Origin: Octopus sinensis
Taxonomy: Eukaryota
DNA: 64,000 nucleotides
Direction: 5' to 3'
Assembly: GCF_006345805.1 (NCBI RefSeq)
Contig: NC_043013.1
Location: 16,182,001-16,246,000, forward strand
Shown here: positions 13,301-26,808 of the stretch, piece by piece
Layout: each line of letters starts with the position of its first letter
How positions within the stretch are numbered: the first letter of the stretch is position 1
Position numbers and translations under genes: made by a program
Notes under the pieces: generated by a model
Seen by the model: the letters and a program-made list of their open reading frames with translations, nothing else
Databases searched by the model: none
What the model was told of the DNA's origin: nothing

Positions 13301-14605
13301 ATATATCTATGGCTAAAAGTCTTACGGAAATCAATGGTTAAACGTAACGGAAGGTTTGATAATTTCTGCCAAAGATCCGACTGCCATCACATCATAAAGG
13401 ATGGACCAAATTCAAAATGGAAGAGTGAAAGTTGTAAATAAACCATCAACTACTTTGTCTCTGTATATCTGGAATTAGTGAAAACCTGAATACATCCACA
13501 AGCATAACAGAGCAACGATGTACTTCTGCTGGAAAAATATGGTGGAGTTACAAGATCGGGACGAGTTGAGGAGTGGCAGGCCGTGGCGAAGCAAGGGTGT
13601 GTGCCGTCTGAAACAACCCTTAAATTTGCCGCCCCAATTAACCCCCGATCCTATACAGGCTTATGCAGCAGACCCGAAAGTGCCGCATCAACAAAAGCTC
13701 AGACCGGGGTGGACCACCATCATCACTTCTCCTTCCCATCTAACAATGCTACTGGTTGCAGCAGCATCAACCACACCTGGTCACCGACAACAACTATGTT
13801 ACCATCCTCCTGGACATGACCATCCACACTGAGAGGAAGGTAAAAGCCAGCAAGTTTGATATCATTTTCGGAAAGTGATGCAAAAGTAACTAAATTAAAC
13901 TACAGTATTTCGTTTGTTTGGGTTTTATATAGCTGATTTTGGCCCAAATGAGAATCAAACAAACACTAAAAGACCCTTTATAATTGTCCAAACATCTTAT
14001 CTCCACCCCTCGAAAAAATCACATCAAAATATTTCCATTACAAATGAAACTCTATAATTCATCATCTTAAGTCAACATTTCTAATTATCACCAAACACAG
14101 ATATGCGTTTAGATCCATTAGTTTCACATTTGGTGCCTTACAGGGAGAATACGATTGTCAATAAACTTTACATATTTTAAAGTGCCAACAAGGTTGCGTG
14201 ACTTCACCCTAAGTTGATTTACAACTATGTATAATGAATTAAGTGTATTGACGATCAATTCTTTTATGAAATCTTTGATGAGTATTGATTAACAACGTTT
14301 CATAAATATTTATTATTCTATGTTGTATATATGTATCCATTGACTTAATCGATCATAGATCAATCTGATGAATAGCTGATTTCAAACTTGGGTGAGTGCA
14401 ATATCGAGAAACTTCAACACGATCATTCGCTCAGCTAGAAATAGAAACTAAATATACTTCAAATCATATCCTAATTATCAAAAGCAAAAAAGGCAGGATA
14501 CATCGGATAATGTAGTTTTATCCTTAAAGAGACGGGATGGTCACGGCTGAGAAGACTCTGAACTTACGCCTCCTTGATCAGAGTCAACCTTAGGCAAAAC
14601 AACAA

Positions 14606-15120
14606 TAGGCGCGGCTGTGTGGTAAGAAGCTTGCTTCCCAGCCACATGGTTCTGGGTTCAGTCCTACTGCAGTAAATTGGGCAAGTGTCTTCTACTATAG
14701 CCCTAGGTCGACCAAAGCCTTGTGAATGCATTTGGTAGACGGATGCTGAAAGAAGCCCATCGTGTGTGTGTGTGTGTGTATGAAGGTGCATGGCTCAGTG
14801 GTTAGAGCGTCGAGCTTACGATCGTGAGGTTGTAAGTTCGAATCCCGGACCGGGCTGTGTGTTGTATTCTTGAGCAAGACCCTTTATTTCACGTTGCTCC
14901 AGTTCACTCAGCTGTAAAAATAAGTTGCCACCGACGTCACAGGTGCCAAGCTGTTTCGGCCTTTGCCTTTCCCTTGGATAACACTGGTGGCGTGGAGAGG
15001 TGAGGCCGGTATGCATGGGCGACTGCTGGTCTTCCATAAACAACTTTGCCCGGACTTGTGCTTGGAAGGGTAACTTTCTAGGTACAATCCCATGGTCAGT
15101 CATGACCGAAGGGGGTCTCA

Positions 15121-15188
<68 letters not shown>

Positions 15189-15330
15189 GTATGTGTTTTG
15201 TGTCTGAGTTTTTCCCCTGCCATCGTTTGACGACCGGTGTTAGTGTGCTTATTACAGCGTAATTTAGCGGTTCGGCAAAAGAATAAGTACCAGGGACGAT
15301 TCATTCAACTAAAAATTGTTCAAGTAAAAT
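14606..15330 (+). mobile_element. SINE family B (tRNA-derived, central microsatellite) interrupted by a family C SINE
   Basis: Head GGCTGTGTGGTAAGAAGCTTGC..GGGTTCAGTCC at 14606-14780; tail resumes about 15185. The uninterrupted form is at 53063-53480. Confidence 0.75.
14781..15122 (+). mobile_element. tRNA-derived SINE family C
   Basis: A box TGGCTCAGTGG, B box GTTCGAATCC, body GCTCCAGTTCACTCAGCTG, ends at (TA)n. Confidence 0.8.
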
Positions 15331-15454
15331 ATAAAAAATATAAATTGCAATAAAGTAGGACAACAACAACAACAACAACAGAGGAGACAACGACACCGGC
15401 TACTACAACAATAACAACGAGAACAACGACAATGAAAACAACAGGAACAACTGT

Positions 15455-15646
15455 GGAGGCGCAATGGCCCAGTGGTTAGGGCAGCGGACTCGCGGTCGTA
15501 AGAACGTGGTTCCGATTCCCAGAACGGATATTGTGAGTGTTTATTGAGCAAAAACACCTAAGCTCCACGTGGCTCCGGCGGGTGGGGTGGTGAACCCCGC
15601 TGTACTCTTTCATCACAACTTTCTCTCACTCTTTCTTCCTACTTCT
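15455..15646 (+). mobile_element. tRNA-derived SINE family D (head and core)
   Basis: GGAGGCGCAATGGCCCAGTGGTTAGGGCAGCGGAC head, shared with the copies at 21438, 45358 (minus) and 52265. Confidence 0.8.
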
Positions 15647-17134
15647 GCCACAAAGCAGAGGAACCATGGTGTAAACCACTATGGTGTGGTAAACTTTCAG
15701 ACCCTAGTCTAGATTTCGAATCCTCTGTACCCCAGGATGGTTCGGCTCTCCACCCGTTAAAAGCCACCATTTACGGAATGGGGATAACAACGTAGCTTTC
15801 GCGCCCGTGCAACCGCCAGTCTATCGCGTGTGGTGGGTGGATTCTTAGTAGCTTAGGGTAGGCTCGAATTAGAGATTATTCTTTGTGGCTAATGGCGTGA
15901 GTCCTGATTTGAAGAAGAAGAAGAAGAAGAAGAAGAAGACTACAACAACGATAACATGAACAACAATGGCACCAGCGATTACAGTTATTGCGACAATGAC
16001 AACGATGCAAAAGTGAAACAAGCAAACACCAAAAGACTCTTTAGAACTGCCTGAACATTTTTCACCATTTTATTGTCTGTATATCTGAGTCTTGAGGCCA
16101 AAGAATGGAGTAATTTATATATAGTTACTTGACCTTTTAGGAATAGCAGCTAAATATCCTTCAAACCAAACCATACTTTAATGTCTTAAGAAAAGAAAAA
16201 AAACACAGAATAGCTATAGAGCTGATATGAAGCTAAGTCACAACGACAACAACTTTACCATTCCAGTTTGACTTTATAGTCCAGATCTACCATGAGGTAG
16301 ATCTCTGAACTCTGTTCTTCGTTAATTAAAGTAGCTAATTGGCAGAGTTGTTAGAACCTCGGATATGTTGCTTAATGGTAATTATTGCGGCTCCTTACGA
16401 TCTGAGTTCAAGTCCCGCCGAGATCAGCTCTGCCTTTCAACTCTCTGGGGTTGATAAATAAAATACCAATCACGTACTGAGGACAGTTCTTCTCTTCTGT
16501 CGCTCTTTCTGTTTGCCTGTCTTTCTCTCTAGAAGAAATTGGGTGTGGTCAGACCTAGAGAAGAATGGGATCTCCCAGGTCTACCAATGCCTAAGGCACG
16601 CTGTATGTCACGGAAGCACCTTTATGACACCATTAAGATCTTGACGGCCCAGGCAAAGACAAGACATCTTTAACTGTCAAATAAATGACACACACTAAGC
16701 CGATGAACTTTAATAGACCGAAACATGTCCATATTTGTCTACCTTGCTTGCAAGCAAAAGCAAAGACCAGACAGATTTTCTTCTAAATATGTAAATTTTT
16801 TGAAAGCGCCTCTCTTTTAGAGTCGTTAGCAGTTGCAACATCAGAGAGAGAAACCTGTTTCTTGCTATAAATACTTGTAAAGCAAAACTTTTTCATGGAC
16901 TCATAAAATACTGCTGTGAACCTAACGTGGACCCCCAAAAATCTTATATGGACATCCAGGGATCATATGGCCCCCAGTTGAGAAGCACTGCACTAAATGT
17001 ATAGAAGAATATTTCAAAGCATATAGCCGTGCGTATTAAAATAGAATATATATATTTTTTTTATACCGGGACATATTGTGTTCCTGCAAACGTACAGCAC
17101 TCTTAATATTGCAGCTAAAGCATCCTACATATGT

Positions 17135-17181
<47 letters not shown>

Positions 17182-17379
17182 TGTGTGTGTCTGTGTCTGT
17201 GTCTGTGTGTGTGTGTATTGTCTCGCTATGCAATTCGACCCATACCCCGTGTGATAATGTGATACAAATCTTCAATCATTTTCACGCCATCACTGATGAT
17301 ACTCTACCAACTTGGCCAGCTGCCAAACTGTCACTCTTCCAACCTCCTCTTTCTCCTTCCCTTCATCTCCCATTTTCTT

Positions 17380-17416
<37 letters not shown>

Positions 17417-17899
17417 TTCTGTCTTTCTCTCCTCCCTTGATAAAGTCTTTACTTATTTAGTCAAAGAACAAAAACGTCTTCATTTGAAATCCTGTTGGTT
17501 TGGCTTTCAATCAATTATTCTTTTATAGAAATTGTCTTGTCTGGTTTCAGGAGATGAGGGACAGAGAGGTGGGGGAGGAATAAGGAGACGGGAAAGACTG
17601 TGAAGAGTGCGTGAGAGAGGGTGAAGTGGATGAGAGAAAAGGAATAGGGAGAGGATGCGAGAGAGAGCAGAGAGAAAGTGAAGGTTGAAAGGTGAAGAGG
17701 GAGAAGGTAAAGAGGAGAGAAGGGAAATTAGAAAGACAAGGAGAGACTAAGAAAGGGGGAGAAAGAAGAGGAGAGTGGAGAGGGTGAATGAGGAAGTAAG
17801 ATAGATAGATAGATAGATAGATAGTTGAATAGAGAGAGAGAGAGGGGGGAGAGAGGGTGTATGAGTGTGTGAAAGTTAGGGACCGTGTGAGTGTGTCGT

Positions 17900-18270
17900 A
17901 GACTGTATATGAGTGAGAGAGATTGAATGAGTGAGTGAGTGAGTGAGTGAGTGTGTGAATGTGAATGAGTGAGTGAGTGTGTGAATGAGTGAGTGGATGG
18001 AGTGAGTGAGTGGGTGGAGTGAGTGTGTGAGTGAGTGTGTGAGTGAGTGTGTGAGTGAGTGAGTGAGTGAGTGAGTGAGTGAGTGAGTGAGGGAGTGGGT
18101 GGGTGGAGTGAGTGAGTGAGTGGAGTGAGTGAGTGAGTGAGTGAGTGAGTGAGTGAGTGGAGTGAATGTGTGAGTGAGTGAGTGAGTGAGTGAGTGGAGT
18201 GAATGTGTGAGTGAGTGAGTGAGTGAGTGAGTGGAGTGAATGTGTGAGTGAGTGAGTGAGTGAGTGGAAA
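17900..18270 (+). repeat. (TGAG)n microsatellite following a GA-rich tract
   Basis: Direct inspection; recurring GTGGAGTGAATGTGTGA variant at 18155-18250. Confidence 0.9.
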
Positions 18271-18480
18271 GGTGACAGGGTACTAAAACGAAAACTCAAT
18301 GAAAGAATGACAGCAATAGTGAGTATTAATTAAGAGGGAGAGGATGGGGGGTATATTAGAGATAGAGAGACAGAGAGGCAGACGTAGAGGAAGAGAGGGA
18401 GAGAAATCTGTACTTTTGTTCAGAATCGATCGCCTTCCATTCAAGATCACCATCTCTTAGCATGATTTACAACACACACA

Positions 18481-18527
<47 letters not shown>

Positions 18528-18541
18528 CACATATATATATA

Positions 18542-18585
<44 letters not shown>

Positions 18586-19054
18586 TATTATATACATATT
18601 ATATATACATCCATATATATACAATATACATATATACATATATATATATATATATGCATATATATACATATATACATATATACATATATTATATCGTATA
18701 TGCATATTATATACATATATATATATATCATATATATTATATATATAATAATCTATATATACTACATATAAATATATATATATATATATATTTATATATA
18801 TTTTTATATAATATATGCAAGTGTGTGTGTATGTATACAAACACACATTCATTATAGTCATATACATTACATACAAATACACATTGTTAAATACACACTC
18901 ACACACACACACACACCACATATATACTTGTGTTTACTCAACACCACCACTAACAACAACAACTACTACAATACAAGTATACCATCTATTATTGGTAGTG
19001 TAAATGAGCAGGTGGGTGAGTGATAGAACTAGAGATTAGTCTCTCCCTTTCTCT

Positions 19055-19090
<36 letters not shown>

Positions 19091-19091
<1 letters not shown>

Positions 19092-19268
19092 CCCCCCCCC
19101 TTTTTTTTTAACCCCCCCTTATTTTTGTCCTCTTTCTCTCCTTTCCGATCCTTTTGATCGAACCTCCCCCTTCCTTTTTTTTTTTTTTTTAATACCTTCA
19201 AAAGAAAAGCTCTACCTTGTAATTTGTTCTATCTGTGTGCAGCCCTGTGTGGCTAATAAAGAAACATA
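19091..19268 (+). mobile_element. Tx1-like LINE 3' UTR fragment inside (TCTA)n
   Basis: AAAGAAAAGCTCTAC..CAGCCCTGTGTGGCTAATAAAGAAA matches the 3' end of the 5506-7146 element. (TCTA)n on both sides. Confidence 0.8.
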
Positions 19269-19292
19269 TCTATCTATCATCTATCTATATAA

Positions 19293-19352
<60 letters not shown>

Positions 19353-19389
19353 GTCTGTCTATCTATCTCTCTATCTGTCTATATATCTG

Positions 19390-19457
<68 letters not shown>

Positions 19458-19466
19458 GCTATATAA

Positions 19467-19542
<76 letters not shown>

Positions 19543-19567
19543 GTCTGTCTATCTATCTCTCTATCTG

Positions 19568-19614
<47 letters not shown>

Positions 19615-19645
19615 CTATCTATATAAATCTATCTATCTATCTATC

Positions 19646-19738
19646 TTTTTTTTTTTTTTTTTAATACCTTCAAAAGAAAAGCTCTACCTTGTAATTTGTT
19701 CTATCTGTGTGCAGCCCTGTGTGGCTAATAAAGAAACA

Positions 19739-19740
<2 letters not shown>
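19646..19740 (+). mobile_element. Second Tx1-like 3' UTR fragment (472-bp periodic duplicate)
   Basis: Identical to about 19175-19268. Flanked by (TCTA)n. Confidence 0.8.
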
Positions 19741-19769
<29 letters not shown>

Positions 19770-19773
19770 ATAA

Positions 19774-19815
<42 letters not shown>

Positions 19816-19862
19816 ATAAATATATCTATCTATCTATCTATATAAATCTATCTATCTATCTG

Positions 19863-19904
<42 letters not shown>

Positions 19905-19931
19905 AATCTATCTATCTATCTATCTATATAA

Positions 19932-19977
<46 letters not shown>

Positions 19978-19994
19978 GTATCTATCTATCTATC

Positions 19995-20034
<40 letters not shown>

Positions 20035-20066
20035 CCTACCACCTACCTACCTACTACCTACCTATC

Positions 20067-20110
<44 letters not shown>

Positions 20111-20895
20111 ATAAATCTATCTATCTATCTATCTATCTATCTATTTCTCCCTATTTCTCTCCTTCCCCGTCTCACTTTCTCTGTCTCTCACTCTTTCTCC
20201 ACCACCACCGTCTCTCTCCACCCTTCCACTCCAGACATGTACGAATGACCTCCCGGTGTGAATGACTCACTCACACAACACGGAAATCTGGCTCAAGTCC
20301 AACGAGCAACTTAAACGACATTTCACACTGGTCAGACCTGGTTTCTACTTTAACACTACTAAATCACATCACATGCACATAAATACCCCCCCACTCTCTC
20401 TCTCTCTTTATCTCTCTCCCCCTCTCTCCCCCTTCCCCCTCTCTCTCTCTCTCACACACAGACTCACACAAACACGCACACACACACACTCAACTCACAC
20501 ACATGCACTTACACTTACGCAATGCACATGTGTCTGCTTCAGTGTGCGTGTGTGTGTGTGTATGTGTGTGTGTGCGTGTGTGTGTGTGTGTGCGTGCGTG
20601 TCTGTAAGTATGCGTGTGGTTTTATGTATGTGCATGTATGCATATATATGTATATGTAGATGATTATGCATATATATATATATAGTATATATATTTATGT
20701 ATACACACACACCACACACACACATATATATATACACACACACACACACACATACACACACACACAACACACATAATATATATATATATATAATATATTA
20801 TATATATAAACACACACATACATACATGTGTATGCGGGCATCTGAGAGGGATTGTATACACTTAAGAGTCAGTATGTGTGCGCGTGCGGGGTGTG

Positions 20896-20950
<55 letters not shown>

Positions 20951-21323
20951 CAGTGAGAGAGAAAGGAGAGAGAGACTTGTACATACATACATACATACGT
21001 ATACAACATTTACAGGTGTGTACAATTTCGTTACCTCTAAACTTAACACCCTAATATTCTGTTTCAGCATCCAAAATTGATGAGGTAAAGAGAGAATCAA
21101 GCGATGCAACACCATTTCTGGACATCAGGACCTGAAATATAATAAATAAATAAAAAGAATACGGATATTATATCATCACGCAGATGGAAAGAGAAAGAGG
21201 CAGAGAGAGAGAGAGAGAACGACAGGGAGAGAACGATAGAGAGAGGGGGAGTGGGTGTGGAAGGGGGAAAGGAAGTATGAAAAGGGAGAAGAAATAAAGG
21301 AGTGAGAGAAACCCCGTGCGTGT

Positions 21324-21360
<37 letters not shown>

Positions 21361-21437
21361 GTGTGTGTGTGTTAATATAATGTATATATATATCCATACC
21401 TATACATTTATATTTATGTATGTACGTATACACGTGT

Positions 21438-21612
21438 GGAGGCGCAATGGTCCAGTGGTTAGGGCAGCGGACTCGCGATCGGAGGACCGTGGTTTCGATT
21501 CCCAGACCGGGTGTTGTGTATGTTTATTGAGCGAAAACACCTAAAAAAGCTCCACGACGTTCGCTCTCTCTCTCTCTCTCTCTCCTGTTTCTTGAGGAGC
21601 GCTGCGATGGAC
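21438..21612 (+). mobile_element. SINE family D fragment
   Basis: Same tRNA-like head; core partly replaced by (CT)n. Confidence 0.75.
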
Positions 21613-21624
21613 TGGAGGGGGGGG

Positions 21625-21860
21625 GGGACACAATTGCACTGGACTAGCCGTGTCGTCAGAATGAGTGACGAAAGAATATCCAAAGTCCTCATGTAGAGCC
21701 AACTTTAGAGTGGGCACACGAATGTTGATAGACCATGGCTCTGATATAAGGACAATCTGAAGAGTAACCTCTTAGCTCATAACACCTTTGAGCGAACAGC
21801 CTTGGTACGAACAAAATGGAGATCGTTGTGTCAAGATGGTATTAGAAAATTTGTTGCAAC
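21625..21860 (+). mobile_element. Decayed RTE-clade LINE C-terminal fragment
   Basis: QLHWTSRVVRMSDERISKVL..RPWL*YKDNLK resembles the RTE motif QLRW.GHV.RM...R.PK..L..RP..RYKD.LK. Confidence 0.65.
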
Positions 21861-22231
21861 CAGCATTATATATATATATATATATACCTTTCGCTCTATT
21901 CTCCTTTTTCGTTCTGATGATGTCTATCATTTGCAACGAGGTAAATACATATTTACCTTATAATGGTACATAGAAACAGCTGTAGACTCACTCATACTCT
22001 CATCTCTCTTAACTAATTAAATAATGGCTTTTTAGCACCGAAGACCCACGTCTCGTTGTTATTTATTCTTCCATTTTCTTATCGTCTATATGTTCATTAA
22101 ACTATGGTTTACTTTTTAAATTACCTATTATCGTATACTTTATAACAAGGACCATACATACTGAGGTAATTATCAGGAGTGCCTCTGGATGCATCTATCC
22201 CTTAGAGGGTTTAAACGCCTCTAACTTATAC

Positions 22232-22279
<48 letters not shown>

Positions 22280-22283
22280 CATA

Positions 22284-23304
22284 CTAGCAGAGATACCCGG
22301 CGTTGCCCGGTTACATTCAATTGAAGAATTAGACTTTCTGTTATATATTCTGAATGAACTGGAATATCTATGTTTCGAATTTCATCAAAATTGCAGATGA
22401 GGGTTATTTCCCTCTTTACACACCCTAAAAAAATTGTAATCGTACCACATGGAAACTAAAAGACGAATGATCACAATAAGCAGTCAGTAACCCTACCATA
22501 GTCGTTACCGCTCCCAATGTAGGATTCCTTACCATCCAGGTGACAGGCACAGCCGTAAGATGCATTACGAATCTATAGCAATTGGAAGGGCGTGACCCAA
22601 CTGAAATCAACATTAACAACTGTGTGACGTGAGGGCTTAGGAGAAATTAAAGTGTCACATCTGGAGTTTGCAAATGACCACTATACTGATACGTAACTGG
22701 ATAGAATGAATTTAAAATCTATAAATGTCTTTGAATAACCAGTCACTCATCTGGGAATCAATGTTACCATCAGGGGACTATGTGTGACCGAGTGATAATA
22801 AAAAGACTGAAAGGAGGTCTGCAATAAAATAACATTACTCAACAGTGGAGACAAAGATGCCTCTCATTTACTTAACAATTTATGCACCACATTGCAGAAA
22901 TAACAATCTAAGTGTATGTCAAAGCAAACTGTTACACTGTCGTACCATTGAATTAAAAATAATGCCTAACTTTTATGCTTGGGTAACCCTACAGCTTCCA
23001 AGAGCACAACTGTATTCGTTTTTGCTTAGATAAAATGACAAAATTGTGGGTGTTAAGTCCCCATGGAGGGGTCTTTCTAACTTTGTAAGAAGATGAAATT
23101 TTATAAATATACTTCATTTGTGTCTAATATCTATGGTCAAAATTTCATCAACAGCAAAAATATATGAATTGTCATGGGGGTTAGGCCCTTATGCTTAGAA
23201 TATAATTTCCAAATTTCATAAAGATCCATTCAGTACTTTTGACCTAGTTTTGGATCATAAAAGAAATGACTAAAATTTGGGAGTTAAGGCTCCCATTAGG
23301 GTGT

Positions 23305-23351
<47 letters not shown>

Positions 23352-23371
23352 TATTATATATATATATATAT

Positions 23372-23457
<86 letters not shown>

Positions 23458-23465
23458 TGATAGAT
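22284..23465 (-). mobile_element. Non-autonomous Helitron
   Basis: Minus-strand 3' terminus: hairpin CCGG-GCAACG-CCGG, short spacer, CTAG, then T. The 5' TC terminus is presumed to lie in the (TAGA)n/(TA)n tract, so the right boundary is approximate. Confidence 0.65.
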
Positions 23466-23477
23466 ATAGATATAGAT

Positions 23478-23528
<51 letters not shown>

Positions 23529-23792
23529 AAGATAAATTGATAGATACAACTGAGTGGGCAAACAAAAATATGAGACACAGCCTAGTGCTTTTTTATGTTG
23601 ATAAGCCTAGTACTTATTCTATTAGTTTGTCCTTTTGAAACCAGAAAGTTTTGTGGATGTAAATAAATGAACAGCAGCTGTGAAGCAGTGATGAGGGCGA
23701 AACACAGAGACAAAGACACACACATACACTTACATATATACATATATATACGATTGATTTGTTTCAGTTCCTGTCTACGAAATCCATATATA

Positions 23793-26493
23793 TTGTTGTT
23801 GGCATCCTTTTTGTCTCGGGAGACAATGGAGTTGCGCATAAAATAATCTAGTCCGGCTTTTACATTTCATGTTCTAATACATCTCCTGCTGTGGCTGTGT
23901 AGTCCTATCCTGGACAAACACTCCCTCTGGCAGGTGCCGCAAATGTAGCGAAGACTTTGCCTGGCTGGTTGTAATGTCATACTTTCTTGTTGACGTCTTT
24001 TCTTGTCTTTCCTTTTCTCCTCTCCCTCTATGTCACTCATTTGTGTTCGCTCTTTTACGGTATGTCGCCAATCTCCACGGTTGCTGGCAACTGCTTCCCA
24101 GTTGGTAATATTGATGTTGCTGGTATTCATGTCCCTTTTGCAAACATCCTTGTATTGTAAGAACGGTCTTCCCACAGACCTAGTGCCCTTAGCAAGCTCT
24201 CCGTTGAGTATGTTCTTGGGGATTCTGCCAGCTAACATGTCGAATCCATCTCATACGTCTTTGTGTGAGGAGTTTAATCATGCTTGGTATTCCTGCTTGC
24301 TTGAGGACATCTTTGTCGGGGACATGATTCTGCCATTTGATGCGAAGAAATTTCCGGAGGCAGCGCAGGTGAAAGATATTCAGGCGACGTATGGCGTCGT
24401 ATGGCGTGTGTATGGCGTCCAAGTCTCACTTCCATACAGTAGAGTGCTAAGTACACATGCCTGGTAAATCTTCATTTTTGTGGTCTTGGTCAGCTTATTG
24501 TTGTCCCATGCCCGTTTGGAGAGTTGGGCCATCGCAGCAGCTGCCTTGCCAATGCGTATATTGAGCTCTATATCAAGGGATAGGTTGTAGGTGACGGTAG
24601 ATCCAAGATAGGTAAACTTCTCCACCTCCTGTAGTCTGTGGTTTCCAATATGTATGTTTGGGATGGTCGATGTAGCTTGACCCATGATGTTGGTCTTCTT
24701 GAGGCTGATAAATAAGCCAAAGTTGCCACATACTTGCTCAAAACAGTTGATGAGCCTTTGTAGGGCTTCTTCTGTGTGTGATACCAGAGCGGCATCATCA
24801 GCAAATAGCATCTCCTTGATCAGGACGCTTCTGATTTTGGTCTTGGCACGCAGACGCGAGAGATTGAACAATTTCCTATCACTTCTACTGTGCAGAAACA
24901 CTCCATCATCTAATGTCACAAAGGCATGTGATAGCAGCAGCGAGAAGAAGATGCCAAATAATGTAGGAGCAAGGCCACAACCTTGCTTTACCCCGTTTTT
25001 TATTTAGAAGGCGGCTGATGTTGAACCATTGTGCTGTATGGCGCCTTGCATATCATCATGGAAAGATTTGATGATCCTCAGCAGCTTTGGTGGACATCCG
25101 ATTGTTTGGGGCAGGATGAAGAGGCCTTTTCTACTTACCAAGTCAAAGGCCTTTGTCAGATCAATGAAGGTCATATATAATGGCATTTTCTGCTCTCTGG
25201 ACTTCTGAAGTTGGCGTATGGAAAATATCATGTCAATAGTTGATCTGCTTCTTCTAAAGCCACACTGCGATTCTGGATAAATTCGAGAAGCAAGCAGTTG
25301 TAGCCAGGACAGGATAATGGGAGCAGAGGCCTTTCCAACAGTGCTTAGAAGAGATATTCCACGGTAATTGTTACAATCACCACGTTCACCTTTGTTTTTG
25401 TAAAGCGTAATGATGTTAGCATCCCGCATATCCTGAGGGACTGTACCCTCTTCCCAGTACTGACACAGAAGCTCATGAATGTGCCGAAGTAGGATGGTGT
25501 TTTTGCCGGTTTTGATGATCTCTAAGGGGATGCCGTCTTTTCCCGGAGTTACTAGCAAGGGAGTCAATAGCCTTGGTGAGCTCTGCTATAGATGGCAGAC
25601 TATCAAGTTCACACATGACTGGCAAGATCTTGACATCCTCGATTGCAGCCTCAGCTACCGTGGTCTCTCGTGAGTAGAGTTTCTGGTAGTACTCCACCCA
25701 TCTATCCATTTGCTTGCTTTGGTCCTTGGTGAGATCTCCAGGAGCTGATTTCAGAGGGGCTGACTTGGTTGCGAATGGACCGAAGGCCTTCTTCAAACCG
25801 GCATACATCCCATGGGTGACGCCACTGTCAGCAGCTGACTGAATACTATGACAGATTTCCTGCCAATACCTATTTGCACAGCGTCTGGCAGTCAGTTGGG
25901 TTTTATTTCTTGCCTTTCTGAGTTCGAGTGACTTTGTAGAAGAATCACTCTTGTATTACATCAGAGCTGCACGCTTTGTTTCGATAACTGTTTCCAACTC
26001 TGAGAGCCCAGCACTGATCAAAATCTGGGTTTTGCCTTTCTCTCATGCCGAAAGTATCTATTGATGTGGTATACAAAGCTTCCCTGATATAATTCCACCT
26101 ACTTTCAGCAGAGGTGGTTGGGCAGCTACTGAGGGCAACTTTGATAGAAAGAGCAAAAAATGGTTGCAGTGTAGGGTCGGAGGTTCTGGCAGTGTTAATG
26201 CGTGGTCGGGCGGCCATATTTCTTGGAGTGATGGACTTTTTAGGCAGAATCCTCACCCTGCTTCTTATTAGTGAATGATCTGTGTCACAATCCGCGCTGT
26301 GGTAACTACGAGTCAGTTGAACAGAATCCAGAAAGGGTCTTCGTGTAATGATGAGATCCAGCTGATGCTAGTGGTGAGATCTTGGATGTCTCCAAGATGC
26401 CTTGTGGGATGTCTTGTTGGCAAAGAATGTGTTAGTGATGCACAGGTTATGGTATGTGCAAAATTCAAGTAGTCTTTGGCCATTGTCATTCAT
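23793..26493 (-). mobile_element. RTE-BovB-like LINE, 5'-truncated and frameshifted (APE end, RT, C-terminus, 3' tail)
   Basis: GQRLLEFC..DTDHSL (APE end); ITLYKNKGERGDCNNYRGISLLS, ESQCGFR..RSTIDMIF, FIDLTKAFD, GVKQGC, MLFADDA, FTYLGS, CLSRIGLHSHSRRC; tail TGTCTCCCGAGAC..GATGCCAACAACAA. Confidence 0.95.
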
Positions 26494-26808
26494 GAAAGTC
26501 ACGTAAAGGGAATCACACCACTGCTATTTAGCCCTAGGAAGCATTGACGCTTCCTGTCGGCTTTGACACATTTCTTGTATCCTTATGTTTACAAAGGGGA
26601 AACAAGCACCCCCAACAGCTAGGCCTGCATCCAGAGACATGCATGTTAAAAACTAGTTTTTAAGAACTTCTTCCAAAATCCTATTTTGTTTCTCACACAT
26701 TAACTTGTGTAGATGGACTATATAAAACATTAGAGAAAGTACCAAGCTGTTTCTTGCATACATACCAATAAATACATCTAAAGCAAATTACTACTGTGGA
26801 TCCCTGTA

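Noticed and set aside
14781-14860. tRNA-like sequences at SINE heads (also 15455, 21438, 44777, 45358)
   Set aside because: They have A and B boxes but no complete cloverleaf or acceptor stem, and continue into SINE bodies; not tRNA genes.
17547-18299. 250-aa HSLT-repeat ORF
   Set aside because: Produced by the (TGAG)n and GA-rich repeats, which lack stop codons on that strand.
21051-21131. Possible minus-strand terminal exon VLMSRNGVASLDSLFTSSILDAETEY-stop
   Set aside because: Good acceptor, but no recognisable homology or linked exon; cannot be supported from sequence alone.
23685-23710. GTGATGAGGGCGAAAC as a hammerhead core
   Set aside because: No stem I or III pairing; it aligns to the reverse complement of the SINE B tail.
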